DNA of 15,997 nucleotides from an uncultured archaeon (GCA_964549075.1 CAZJUB010000062.1:1-15997), one strand, 5' to 3'; shown: positions 8,401 through 15,997, numbered from the stretch's first letter. Made by a program: numbers and translations. Notes: generated by a model from the sequence alone, not told the origin.

Positions 8401-8786
8401 GTGTATTGGCTTCTTGCATCTGAACCTTTTCTTATATAGTAATTAGCACCTAAATTAAGTGCATCAATAACAACTTCTTCTCTTCCTCTACCTGTAAATA
8501 TTATAAAAGGAATATTTAGCTCTTCTTGTTTTATTGTTTTTAGTAGATCAAGACCGTTGAGTTGTTCCATCAAATAATCACAAACAACAACATCTATTTC
8601 GTTACTTTTGAGTCTTTCAATAACTTTAGATGCGTCTTTTAAAGATTCTACTTCAATTTCCCCTTCACTCATTTTCTCTATGAATTCTTTAGTTAAATAA
8701 AGAAAATCTTCCTCGTCATCGATATGTAAAACCCTAATCTTCTTTTGTGTTGAACCATCAGTTTTTGTTTCATTTTGGTTGTTCAT
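5406..8786 (-). CDS. Cytoplasmic hybrid sensor histidine kinase: REC - 6x PAS - HisKA - HATPase
   Basis: REC motifs (HIDDE, CDYLM, FTGRG, YIRK); six PAS/PAC units ending in DIT/NIT/DIS; H-box AHDIRNSL; N-box KNIFENAVFHG; NDG; GLAIVK. No TM segments. ATG at 8786 is preferred because the track start at 8819 overlaps the divergent promoter region. Confidence 0.95.
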   Translation of the reverse strand: MNNQNETKTDGSTQKKIRVLHIDDEEDFLYLTKEFIEKMSEGEIEVESLKDASKVIERLKSNEIDVVVCDYLMEQLNGLDLLKTIKQEELNIPFIIFTGRGREEVVIDALNLGANYYIRKGSDARSQYTELVHQIRTVHHHKNAEEALKKREQELKEERDLTQLYLNEAGVMFVIINQDEIVELINKEVTNVLGYSEKDLIGKNWFTKVYSSDIVDEIRFNFQQVMVGLEKPTPYSEIDIINKFGERRIIAWHNTAITDESGKIIKLLGIGEDITKRKEIEEAIRESDARYRGFVENFAGIAFQGSIDFRPFFFHGAVEEITGYTEEDFVSGKLTWEDMVLPEDMYKLLSIRDELENTPGFKNDMEYRIRHKEGQIRWIRQHVQNISSKKDEDFVLQGSLIDITEIRRKEEELRKSENLYRTIFESTGLANLIVTEDKTIKMVNSKFVELSGYNREEIEKKRKWTEILIPEDAEKLTKYQELHDQEPGAAPENYEISFKNKSGKVIDAFISVKTITGTSDFIVTLQDITQTKLDEQKLRETANLYKTLFEVTGTFIVIAKKDTTVELINDRLADFSGYSKDEVEGKMSWTQFVAESDLERLKEINRMRFEDPSNVPEQYEAKLTDKKGNIYDCLIHVGLIPETDKYIISMINITKAKQEEREHKKTAEMYKTIFEATGTANIIMGPGRIIKQVNSKVEDMTGYKPVEIIGKNWTDFIPEEEMSSLLKFSRSRTSQPDIVPAYIETKFINKNRDIREIILNLTSVPNSEDYIVSFFDITDMKESEEELKKSEILYRAIFESTGMANVIYDMESTIVLVNSRMANLSGYKKEELEGRKWIEFIPQPELDMMREFMKKRITDPSSVPDQYETKFIDKAGKKIGILIAVTYIPETNNFLAAVADISDKQKEMESLTKQKKELSEFAHLMAHDIRNSLSSIEGYIDLILEDEKDSVEYLSKINKQTEYMRKLLDRSIELADAGQTVEKSDTVNLDELLKSIAIMTIPSDIGFSAETLFSVKADKEKLSQIIKNIFENAVFHGQPRKIEVRKQEKYDSMVLKIINDGKLINKLIIKEAFEESTFSTKGKESIHGLAIVKRLIDAHNWKIKLCEVTEMPCFDIIIPLEDIVSK
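6070..7532 (-). repeat. Four diverged intragenic PAS repeats
   Basis: LYRTIFESTG (7532), LYKTLFEVTG (7157), MYKTIFEATG (6782) and LYRAIFESTG (6410), spaced 375, 375 and 372 nt apart. Confidence 0.9.
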
Positions 8787-8876
8787 CAGAATTAACCTTA
8801 CTACCATTTGTACATACAACTATTAAAAGAATTTTTTGAGGGAAATACTCAAATTGTAGTATATTATATTTTTTAT

Positions 8877-9197
8877 ATGCTGATAGTATTGAGATACAAC
8901 TTTGAGGAATGTTTAGAAAAAACTATTACAATCGAAGGTGTTATATCATCAATACCTTGGCAGCATATGATTGGTATTTTCGAGCAATTTCCTTTTTCCG
9001 AATATCTTGATTTAGATAATAATCAGCAAATTGTAATTTATACTAAAACACAGATTTTACGAAGAAATACAAGAATAGTGGCTACAGGTGAAATTATCAA
9101 ATTACAGGGTAGATCTAAAAAACCTGATGATTCTGATAAAGAAGTTTTCTTTGAATATCAGATGCTTGTTGAAAACTGGAATTATATAGATTCATAA
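8877..9197 (+). CDS. Small hypothetical protein, possibly OB-fold (about 106 aa)
   Basis: Beta-strand pattern KTITIEGVIS...YLDL...QIVIY...IVATGEI...YQMLV and a PWQHM motif. The start is uncertain (ATG 8877 or TTG 8889). It ends 12 nt before the next gene. Confidence 0.7.
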   Translation: MLIVLRYNFEECLEKTITIEGVISSIPWQHMIGIFEQFPFSEYLDLDNNQQIVIYTKTQILRRNTRIVATGEIIKLQGRSKKPDDSDKEVFFEYQMLVENWNYIDS

Positions 9198-9209
9198 TTA
9201 ATATATGGT

Positions 9210-10073
9210 GTGAAAATAATGATAGAGGAAGATGATATCTCAAGTCTTCTTGAAAGTTTAAGGGAAGAAGATTTACTCTTGAGAATATTTACAATAGATA
9301 CTATAGTCGACAATCATAACAAAAAACTAGCTGTTCCTCAAATTATGAAATTGTTAAGAGAAGATGTTAAAGAAGTAAGAATAAAAGCTGCTTGGGCGCT
9401 AGGTAAGATTGGGGAAAAAGCAGCAATTTCTGCATTAGTCGAAGCTTTAAACGATCAAGAATGGGAAGTGAGACGCAATTCTATAAGATCTTTGGGAGAA
9501 TTAATGGCTTTTGATGAGATACCTTCAATTGTAAAGATGTTAGAAGATTTAAACTGGGAAGTAAGAGCTGAAACTGTAGTTGTCTTAGAATATTTAGGTT
9601 GGATTCCAGCTAATGAGCGTGAAAGAGTTTTAGTTTTAATTGGGAAAGAAAAATGGGAGGACTTATTGAATTTAGAAAATCTTAATGAAGATCTTTTAAT
9701 TTATTTTTTAAAAGATTCTGACAGTGAGATTAAAGTAAAATTGACCTGGATACTTGGAGAACTGCAAACTACAAAAGCTATTGTACCTCTCTATCAACTT
9801 TTAATGAAAGATAAATTTCAACAAGTTAAGGAAAATGCTGCAATTGCTTTAGCTAAAATCGGTGGAGAAAAAGTTCTTCATTTACTACAAGAAGCACTTC
9901 AAAGTGATGATTGGTTTATTCGTAAGTGTGCTACAAGTGCTTTAGGTTACTTAAAACATACAGTAGCTTTTGAACTTCTTAACCAATTAGCTGGAGACGG
10001 AAATCGCTTTGTAAGCGAAAGTGCAAAAGAAGCTTTAAAACGAATCAAAAATCAAGAAAATAATCAATCTTGA
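9210..10073 (+). CDS. HEAT-repeat (PBS lyase HEAT-like) protein
   Basis: Repeated units EVRIKAAWALGKIG, EVRRNSIRSLGEL, QVKENAAIALAKIG and FIRKCATSALGYL. Confidence 0.92.
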   Translation: MKIMIEEDDISSLLESLREEDLLLRIFTIDTIVDNHNKKLAVPQIMKLLREDVKEVRIKAAWALGKIGEKAAISALVEALNDQEWEVRRNSIRSLGELMAFDEIPSIVKMLEDLNWEVRAETVVVLEYLGWIPANERERVLVLIGKEKWEDLLNLENLNEDLLIYFLKDSDSEIKVKLTWILGELQTTKAIVPLYQLLMKDKFQQVKENAAIALAKIGGEKVLHLLQEALQSDDWFIRKCATSALGYLKHTVAFELLNQLAGDGNRFVSESAKEALKRIKNQENNQS

Positions 10074-10094
10074 GAGAGATATATTTAAAATGAA

Positions 10095-10124
10095 TTATGT
10101 TTTCATATAAACAGTTAAACATAA
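10095..10124. promoter_or_regulatory. Inverted repeat TTATGTTT-N14-AAACATAA downstream of a TATA-like box
   Basis: Arms at 10095-10102 and 10117-10124. TTTAAAA lies at 10084-10090. Confidence 0.3.
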
Positions 10125-10142
10125 ACAAATTCTAGTCCTCGC

Positions 10143-10147
10143 GGAGG
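10143..10147 (+). promoter_or_regulatory. Shine-Dalgarno sequence GGAGG
   Basis: GGAGG lies 8 nt upstream of the ATG at 10156. Confidence 0.7.
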
Positions 10148-10155
10148 AATATAAT

Positions 10156-11439
10156 ATGAGTGACATTAGGAAAAAACTAGCTATATCAAAAGAAAATTTG
10201 GAGTCAATACAAAACTTCCTACTAAATGACAATAATCCCTTTATCAACGATTTACTACAAGTTATTGATAAGTATGGAGGAGTAAATGAAATAAACAAAA
10301 GGTATGAAGAATCTAGAAAAATCGAGAATATTTATCAGAAACTCGAAAAAGTTCAACCTTCATATATAGATGATTTAGAATGGTTGACTAAACAAAGAGA
10401 TGATGATGCTTTCATAACTGTTGATGAATATCGGCGAAAAATACTTGGAAGTGATGTTGATAAATACGAATTTAATGAAGACTTAGCTGTCACTTTGGAG
10501 TTATCAGCTTGTCAATATTTCCCATTTCTAATAAAAGGAGCTCAAAGAGCAATAGAGAATAAAGAACTATTACCCGGTAGAATTATCCGTGTCAGAGCGA
10601 TGAAAGAGCAAGAACAAGATGGAGATTTAGCTGCAATGACAGCTGCTATTAATATCATCGGAGCTTCAAGAGTAGAAACATTAGATACGAAAGGAACTGC
10701 TCCTGGACCTGATGGTCTTCCAGTTAACGTTCATCTAGGAGGACCAGCTACAATTACTGGATATTTTGGCGGAGTAGGACAACCTAATGAATTTGCTATC
10801 AAATGGGTGGATGAATTTCTTTACTATTATACCAATTATGCTGTAAAAAGTGTGCTCAACATAAATCCTGGCACAGTTATTCTAGGATATATGCTTTACA
10901 AGTTAGGTATAAATAATGAGTTTAAGATTTCAGTATATATGGGAAATGATAATCCTTATTCTGTCTTATGGACTTTAATGACTGCTAAACTATTTGCAAG
11001 GGAAGATGGGACAAGTCCTTTAATTGGATTTAATCTTTCAAATGCTGTTAATAATTGGACTATTGAGATGAGCTCTTATATAAGAAAGAGTTTTGGATTC
11101 GAAGATGTTGTAAGGCTTGAACATCATATTATTGAAACCTGGAAATCTATAGTGAGACAACCGTATGATAGAACACAAGAATTACTTGAGATCGCAAAGA
11201 AAGTTAAGAACATTAGTGCGAAACATGAAGGTGGTCCAATAGATATCGATTCAAAACGAGAGCATCCTTCTGATATTTTAGACTATTTCAAATCAAAAGA
11301 GCAAATTACTGAAGAAGGTATTTGGGATCATCTATTACAGAATTATTATGACAGACAAACCGCAATAAATAACACTGCTAAAGCTCTAACAAAAGAAGGT
11401 ATTGCATTTATAGCTGCGAGGAAGTTGCATCATAATTAA
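10156..11439 (+). CDS. Uncharacterised soluble enzyme-like protein (427 aa)
   Basis: Long ORF with a strong SD and motif-rich segments (VETLDTKGT, NVHLGG, TITGYFGGVGQPN, FKISVYMGNDN, RLEHH, SAKHEGG). I cannot assign a named family. Confidence 0.9.
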   Translation: MSDIRKKLAISKENLESIQNFLLNDNNPFINDLLQVIDKYGGVNEINKRYEESRKIENIYQKLEKVQPSYIDDLEWLTKQRDDDAFITVDEYRRKILGSDVDKYEFNEDLAVTLELSACQYFPFLIKGAQRAIENKELLPGRIIRVRAMKEQEQDGDLAAMTAAINIIGASRVETLDTKGTAPGPDGLPVNVHLGGPATITGYFGGVGQPNEFAIKWVDEFLYYYTNYAVKSVLNINPGTVILGYMLYKLGINNEFKISVYMGNDNPYSVLWTLMTAKLFAREDGTSPLIGFNLSNAVNNWTIEMSSYIRKSFGFEDVVRLEHHIIETWKSIVRQPYDRTQELLEIAKKVKNISAKHEGGPIDIDSKREHPSDILDYFKSKEQITEEGIWDHLLQNYYDRQTAINNTAKALTKEGIAFIAARKLHHN

Positions 11440-11446
11440 TTTCTGG

Positions 11447-12616
11447 ATGATTGGAATGAAAAAACTAGCAGAAGGAATGTATAGAATATTAGGTGAGGGA
11501 GCTTTTGAGTATTTAGCTAAGGCTCAAGCTCTTGAACGTGATGGAAAGAAAGTACTTCATTTCGAAATTGGACAACCAGATTTTCCGACTCCTCAACATA
11601 TTAAGGATTCAGCATACAAAGCAATAGAGAATAATGTTACTGGTTATGTTGCTGCGACAGGTATTCTTGACTTAAAACAAGCAATTCAAGATGAAATCGA
11701 AAATACTAGAGGATTTAGACCAAGTATTGAACAAATCTTGGTTCTTCCTGGGGCTAAACCTGGGATTTTCTTTACTATGTTAAGCCTAGTTGACCCTGGC
11801 GAGGAGATTATTTATCCTGATCCGGGTTTTCCAACATATGGATCAGTTGTAAAATATATAGGAGCTGGAGATGTTCCAGTAGTTTTAAAAGAAGAGAATG
11901 AGTTTCGATTAAATCCGCAAGATATAGAAGATAAAATTACATCAAAAACTAAACTAATCATATTAAATAGTCCTCAAAATCCAACTGGATCTGTAATGAC
12001 CAAAGAAGAAATCGAAAATGTAGCTGAAATAGCTGAGGAGAAAGATATTTTCCTTTTTTCAGATGAGATTTATTCAAAGATGCTCTATGAATCAACCTTC
12101 CACACTCCTTCTGTCAGAGATGAAGCAAAAGAAAGAACGATAATTCTAGATGGCTTTTCTAAATCTTACAGCATGACTGGATGGCGTTTAGGTTATGTTA
12201 TTGGACCTGAGGATATTATTGAACGTATGGGTATATTGATGATAAATTCTCTTTCTTGTACAACTGCTTTTGTTCAAAAAGCAGGGATAACAGCGCTCAA
12301 GGGAACACAAGAACCTTTACGAGACATGATGAAAGCATTCAAAGAAAGAAGAGATGCGATAGTAAAAGGTTTAAACGAGATACCTAATTTTTCGTGCCTT
12401 TCTCCTCAAGGGGCTTTCTATACCTTTCCGAATATTAAGAAGAGTGGGATGAGTTCAAGAGAAATGGCTGATTATATCTTATACAATGCAGGAGTCTGTT
12501 GTTTACCTGGTTCAGCATTCGGTCCTGGAGGGGAAGGTTATCTGAGATTCAGTTATGCGACTTCTGTAGAAATAATAAATCAAGCTATGAAGCAGATTAA
12601 GGAATCTTTCAATTAG
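11447..12616 (+). CDS. PLP-dependent class I/II aminotransferase (aspartate aminotransferase-like)
   Basis: GQPDF, NSPQNPTG, SDEIY, the PLP-lysine motif DGFSKSYSMTGWRLG, GAFY and RFSYA. The start may be 11456. Confidence 0.95.
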   Translation: MIGMKKLAEGMYRILGEGAFEYLAKAQALERDGKKVLHFEIGQPDFPTPQHIKDSAYKAIENNVTGYVAATGILDLKQAIQDEIENTRGFRPSIEQILVLPGAKPGIFFTMLSLVDPGEEIIYPDPGFPTYGSVVKYIGAGDVPVVLKEENEFRLNPQDIEDKITSKTKLIILNSPQNPTGSVMTKEEIENVAEIAEEKDIFLFSDEIYSKMLYESTFHTPSVRDEAKERTIILDGFSKSYSMTGWRLGYVIGPEDIIERMGILMINSLSCTTAFVQKAGITALKGTQEPLRDMMKAFKERRDAIVKGLNEIPNFSCLSPQGAFYTFPNIKKSGMSSREMADYILYNAGVCCLPGSAFGPGGEGYLRFSYATSVEIINQAMKQIKESFN

Positions 12617-13431
12617 GAAATATTGAGGAGTTTAGCTATATTTTCTCCTAATATTTTTTTCTTCTGACTTTCTGTTAGATTCATTTTTCGGATTTTTTTA
12701 ATATTCATTTCGAGATTTCTATCCCCTAAAGGTGAATCAGTTCCTAGTGTAACCCTATTATCACCAAATTTCTCTAATACTCGATGAATCCTTTTCTCTG
12801 AAATTATGTAATATGGTGAAATATCAAAATATATGTTTTTCAAGTCTTTACCTTTTCTCACAATTGTCTCAAATCCCATCAGATGCGCTATAATAAAATT
12901 GGTTTCAGGAAATTTTCGAGCAAGTTTCACTAGTCTTCTAGCTTCTTTGAAGTCATAAAGATGAATAAAAATAGGTAATTTCTTTTCAGCAGCAAATTTA
13001 GAAATAATCTCCATCCCTTCATCTGAGTTGGAAAATTTCATTAAACATTGGTGCAGTTTTATTCCAGCAAAGGACATTTTGTCAAAATTGCTTCTTAATT
13101 TTGTTTCTAAATCAGGATCATGTGGATCTACCCAAAAAAATTGGAGCAATCTATCTGGATATTCTTGTACTAAAGAAAACACATAATCATTGTCTGGAGT
13201 TGGAAATTTCTTGTTTTTTAAACGTAAATAGAAAATATTCCCGAGTATATGAAAGGGACTTATTTTTATTAATTTAGATTCTTTGACATTAGGAATCTTA
13301 AATTCAGCATCTGGTTCAGCTCCACCAGGACATAGAACCACTTTGTCGACACCTAATTTATCCATCAATGGAATTAATGTTTCTGTTTTACTAAAATCTC
13401 CGAACGTATGAGCATGTCCATCAATTATCAC
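12613..13431 (-). CDS. Amidohydrolase-superfamily (Amidohydro_2-like) metal-dependent TIM-barrel protein
   Basis: IDGHAH, GIKLH, PIFIH, IIAH, GTDSP and ILGENIAKLL. GTG start with AGAGGT upstream. It overlaps the convergent aminotransferase by 4 bp. Confidence 0.92.
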   Translation of the reverse strand: MIIDGHAHTFGDFSKTETLIPLMDKLGVDKVVLCPGGAEPDAEFKIPNVKESKLIKISPFHILGNIFYLRLKNKKFPTPDNDYVFSLVQEYPDRLLQFFWVDPHDPDLETKLRSNFDKMSFAGIKLHQCLMKFSNSDEGMEIISKFAAEKKLPIFIHLYDFKEARRLVKLARKFPETNFIIAHLMGFETIVRKGKDLKNIYFDISPYYIISEKRIHRVLEKFGDNRVTLGTDSPLGDRNLEMNIKKIRKMNLTESQKKKILGENIAKLLNIS

Positions 13432-13465
13432 TTTAATTACCTCTAATCTAATACTCTATACCTTT

Positions 13466-14044
13466 CTAAAATACAACCTTAATAAGCTGAGTCATAAATT
13501 GGAAAAACTCTTCTAATTTATCAAGGCTAGAAAGTTTAGCAGAGAGAGTGCTGCTATTTATTGAGAGTAATATAATATCGTCAAATATTGCCATATAAGC
13601 CATACTGACCTTAGGTGTGTCCAAAATTTTACGCGCTAATTTCTCATTATTAGTTCTCAAAGTAAGAAAGTTGCTAACGCTCAAACCTTCAAATGATTCG
13701 AAAACTTTGCCTTTATATTCTTGTTTTACCATCGCATGCAGGAATATTGGAAAGGTTTCATCTAATTCAGCATCAATATTCACTTCTTGACCTTCTAAGG
13801 ATAGAAATATCCTGTGGTATACATCATCTTCGTGTTCAGCTGGAAGATCAAATTCGTATTGTGTCATGTAGCTTGAGGTTTTTTTTACTCTAATTGCTCC
13901 TAAACTAGAAATTTTTTGAATGATTTCTTCTTCCTCTTCAGAGAGTACCTCTGACTCTTCCCCATTGTAATGATCTTCATAGTACTCTTTAGCAGTAGTG
14001 ATGTACTTATTCCTGCGTTTTTTAGAACCAAAGAAACGAGACAT
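13466..14044 (-). CDS. Hypothetical protein (192 aa)
   Basis: Host-like composition, with a basic N-terminus (KKRRNK), an acidic tract and an alpha/beta domain. A TATA-like ATATAAAA lies about 30 nt upstream. Confidence 0.8.
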   Translation of the reverse strand: MSRFFGSKKRRNKYITTAKEYYEDHYNGEESEVLSEEEEEIIQKISSLGAIRVKKTSSYMTQYEFDLPAEHEDDVYHRIFLSLEGQEVNIDAELDETFPIFLHAMVKQEYKGKVFESFEGLSVSNFLTLRTNNEKLARKILDTPKVSMAYMAIFDDIILLSINSSTLSAKLSSLDKLEEFFQFMTQLIKVVF

Positions 14045-14107
14045 TAAATCAAATTCTAATTTATTTTTCAGTCTTTTATATCTTTGCCTTTACCAATCTT
14101 GATTTCA

Positions 14108-14124
14108 GCAACTTTATAAGTTGC
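14108..14124. promoter_or_regulatory. Palindrome GCAACTT-TAT-AAGTTGC enclosing the TATA box of hom-aor
   Basis: Perfect 7-bp arms with TTTATAAG at 14113-14120 inside them, in the divergent intergenic region. Confidence 0.55.
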
Positions 14125-14163
14125 AGATATAATAGCTCATAGTTATTATTGAAGGTTATTAAA

Positions 14164-15201
14164 ATGGAATTTAATATCGCTTTCATTGGATTTGGTGTTG
14201 TTGGTCAAGGCTTAGCAAAAATACTACTAGAACAAGAAAAGTATCTAAAAGAGAAATATGATTTTAGTTTCAAAGTAGTTGCAATTTCAGATACTGTGAA
14301 AGGTTCATGGTATAGAAGATCAGGTCTAGACCTAAAGAGACTATTGGAGCTTGTTGAGGAAAATGGAAATCTAAAAGGATATGGAGATGCTATTGAAGGA
14401 TGGGATTCTCTAAAGACAATAAAAGATACCAATGCAAACCTCATCTTAGAGTTAGCTTGGACTGATTTGAAGACTGGAGAACCAGCTATTACTCACGTTA
14501 AAACAGCTCTACAAAACAAAAAACACATTGTAATGACAAACAAAGGCCCTATAGCATTAGCTGTAAAAGAACTACTTGCATTAGCAAAAGAAAATGGAGT
14601 TGAAATGAGATACGAAGGTACTGTGTTGAGTGGTACTCCTGCATTGAATCTTGGTTTGCACAATCTAGCTGGTGCAGGTATAACTAAAGCTAAAGGTATA
14701 GTTAATGGAACAACAAATTATATCCTTTCTGAGATGGAAAAAGGTCTAAGTTATGAAGATGCTCTAAAACAAGCTCAAAAACTTGGTTATGCTGAAGCTG
14801 ATCCAACAGCTGATGTTGAAGGTTACGATGCTTTGGGAAAGATTGTAATTTTAGCAAATACAGTGATGGGAGCAAATTTAAGCAAAGATGAACCACCTTG
14901 TGAAGGAATTACTAAAATAACAGCTCAAGATATCGCTAAAGCGAAAGAAGAAGGATATAGATGGAAGCTTATTGCTGGAGCAGAATTGAAAGAAGATGGT
15001 TCAGTTGACGCTTATGTTAGACCTGAAAAGGTTCCGTTAGATCATCCGCTAGCAAACATAATGGGACCTACAAATGCTTTAACCTATACAACTAAGTATC
15101 TAGGTGACATTACCATCATTGGACCTGGAGCAGGACAATTACCTACTGGATTTGCAGTATTAAGTGATATTCTAGATATTAATAGAATTATCAAAGAGTA
15201 A
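14164..15201 (+). CDS. hom: Homoserine dehydrogenase (short form, no ACT domain)
   Basis: GFGVVG Rossmann motif, MTNKGP, YEGTVLSGTP, GIVNGTTNYIL, LGYAEADPTADVEGYD and GPGAG. ATG at 14164 is preferred, with TTG at 14149 as the alternative. Confidence 0.95.
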   Translation: MEFNIAFIGFGVVGQGLAKILLEQEKYLKEKYDFSFKVVAISDTVKGSWYRRSGLDLKRLLELVEENGNLKGYGDAIEGWDSLKTIKDTNANLILELAWTDLKTGEPAITHVKTALQNKKHIVMTNKGPIALAVKELLALAKENGVEMRYEGTVLSGTPALNLGLHNLAGAGITKAKGIVNGTTNYILSEMEKGLSYEDALKQAQKLGYAEADPTADVEGYDALGKIVILANTVMGANLSKDEPPCEGITKITAQDIAKAKEEGYRWKLIAGAELKEDGSVDAYVRPEKVPLDHPLANIMGPTNALTYTTKYLGDITIIGPGAGQLPTGFAVLSDILDINRIIKE

Positions 15202-15221
15202 GAAATTAAGGGTTGTTTATT

Positions 15222-15997
15222 ATGGGTTATATGGGAAAATATCTTGATATAAATCTGTCTTCAAAAAAAATAAATGTAAAAGAACTAGATATGGCTCTAG
15301 CAAAGAAATACATAGGTGGTAAAGGCTTAGGTGCTAAAATCCTTTATGAAGAATTAAAGAAAGGTATTGATCCCTTAGGTCCCGATAACATAATTTTATT
15401 TATGACTGGACCACTATCAGGAACTCCTGTCGTAACTTCTGGGAGATGGTGTATTGTTACTAAATCACCTCATACTGGTATCTTTCTTGATAGTCAGATT
15501 GGTGGGAAATTCGGTCACAGTCTAAAAAAAGCGGGTTATGACTTTATCATAGTAAGAGGAAAATCTAAAACTCCATGTTATATTAATATCAAAGACGATG
15601 ATGTCAGTATTTTGTCTGCAGAAGAACTTTGGGGAAAAGGTACATTTGAAACAGAAGAGTTCTTGAAAAACAAACATGAAAAATCTGAAGTAGCTTCTAT
15701 AGGTCCTGCAGGAGAAAACCTCGTTACCTTTGCTGGAGTAATGACAAATGTCTCACATATGGCAGGTAGAGGTGGTGCTGGAGCTGTAATGGGATCAAAG
15801 AAACTCAAAGCAGTTGTGGTTGCTGGAACATCATCAATTGATCCTGTTAATGATAATTTTAAAGAATTAACCAAAACTTTTCGAGATAAAGTGAGAGAAA
15901 ATCCAGGAGTTCAGACCAGACATGAAATTGGAACAATGATGTGGGTAAATATGAGTAATGACGCAGGTTTTCTCCCCACTAATAATTATCAATCAGG
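15222..15997 (+). CDS. aor: Aldehyde:ferredoxin oxidoreductase family (tungstopterin) protein, N-terminal part (runs off the window end)
   Basis: Not in the ORF track. Manual translation: MGYMGKYLDINLS...YIGGKGLG...DPLGPDN...TGPLSGT...KSPHTG...LKKAGYD...SIGPAGEN...AGRGGAGAVMGSKKLKAV. Confidence 0.95.
   Translation, partial: MGYMGKYLDINLSSKKINVKELDMALAKKYIGGKGLGAKILYEELKKGIDPLGPDNIILFMTGPLSGTPVVTSGRWCIVTKSPHTGIFLDSQIGGKFGHSLKKAGYDFIIVRGKSKTPCYINIKDDDVSILSAEELWGKGTFETEEFLKNKHEKSEVASIGPAGENLVTFAGVMTNVSHMAGRGGAGAVMGSKKLKAVVVAGTSSIDPVNDNFKELTKTFRDKVRENPGVQTRHEIGTMMWVNMSNDAGFLPTNNYQS

Noticed and set aside
8808-8819. Apparent head-to-head overlap of the kinase and the 129-aa ORF
   Set aside because: An artefact of longest-ORF start calling. 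It disappears with starts at 8786 and 8877.
10095-10298. 67-aa minus-strand ORF
   Set aside because: Mostly antisense to the 427-aa gene and crosses its promoter.
13693-15874. Short ORFs 13693-13893, 14205-14444, 14702-14896 and 15578-15874
   Set aside because: All are antisense to well-supported genes (the 192-aa protein, hom and aor).
1-15997. CRISPR array, transposase, integrase, prophage or defence system
   Set aside because: By eye I saw no regularly spaced nucleotide repeats, terminal inverted repeats or matching protein motifs. The metallophosphoesterase is secreted, which is unlike defence-associated ones.

Overview
An AT-rich, gene-dense archaeal chromosomal segment. Archaeal origin is supported by TATA-like boxes just upstream of several start codons, surface proteins rich in N-glycosylation sequons, an archaeal-style REC-PAS-HisKA kinase and an AOR. 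An Asgard (Heimdallarchaeia-like) origin is my inference from gene style and is not proven. In order, the window encodes a partial DMT/NIPA-like transporter, a membrane-anchored hypothetical protein, a candidate 48-aa CxxC microprotein, a tandem-GNAT protein, an SDR oxidoreductase, a surface-anchored metallophosphoesterase, a membrane metal-dependent hydrolase and a REC-6xPAS histidine kinase. These are followed by a small hypothetical protein, a HEAT-repeat protein, an unassigned 427-aa enzyme-like protein coupled to a class I aminotransferase, an amidohydrolase, a hypothetical protein, homoserine dehydrogenase and a partial aldehyde:ferredoxin oxidoreductase. I saw no CRISPR array, tRNA/rRNA or mobile element. 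Best leads: (1) a candidate ~100-nt structured RNA on the minus strand at 5275-5371; (2) the hom-aor operon, whose TATA box sits inside a palindrome; (3) the unknown enzyme plus aminotransferase pair; (4) the microprotein.
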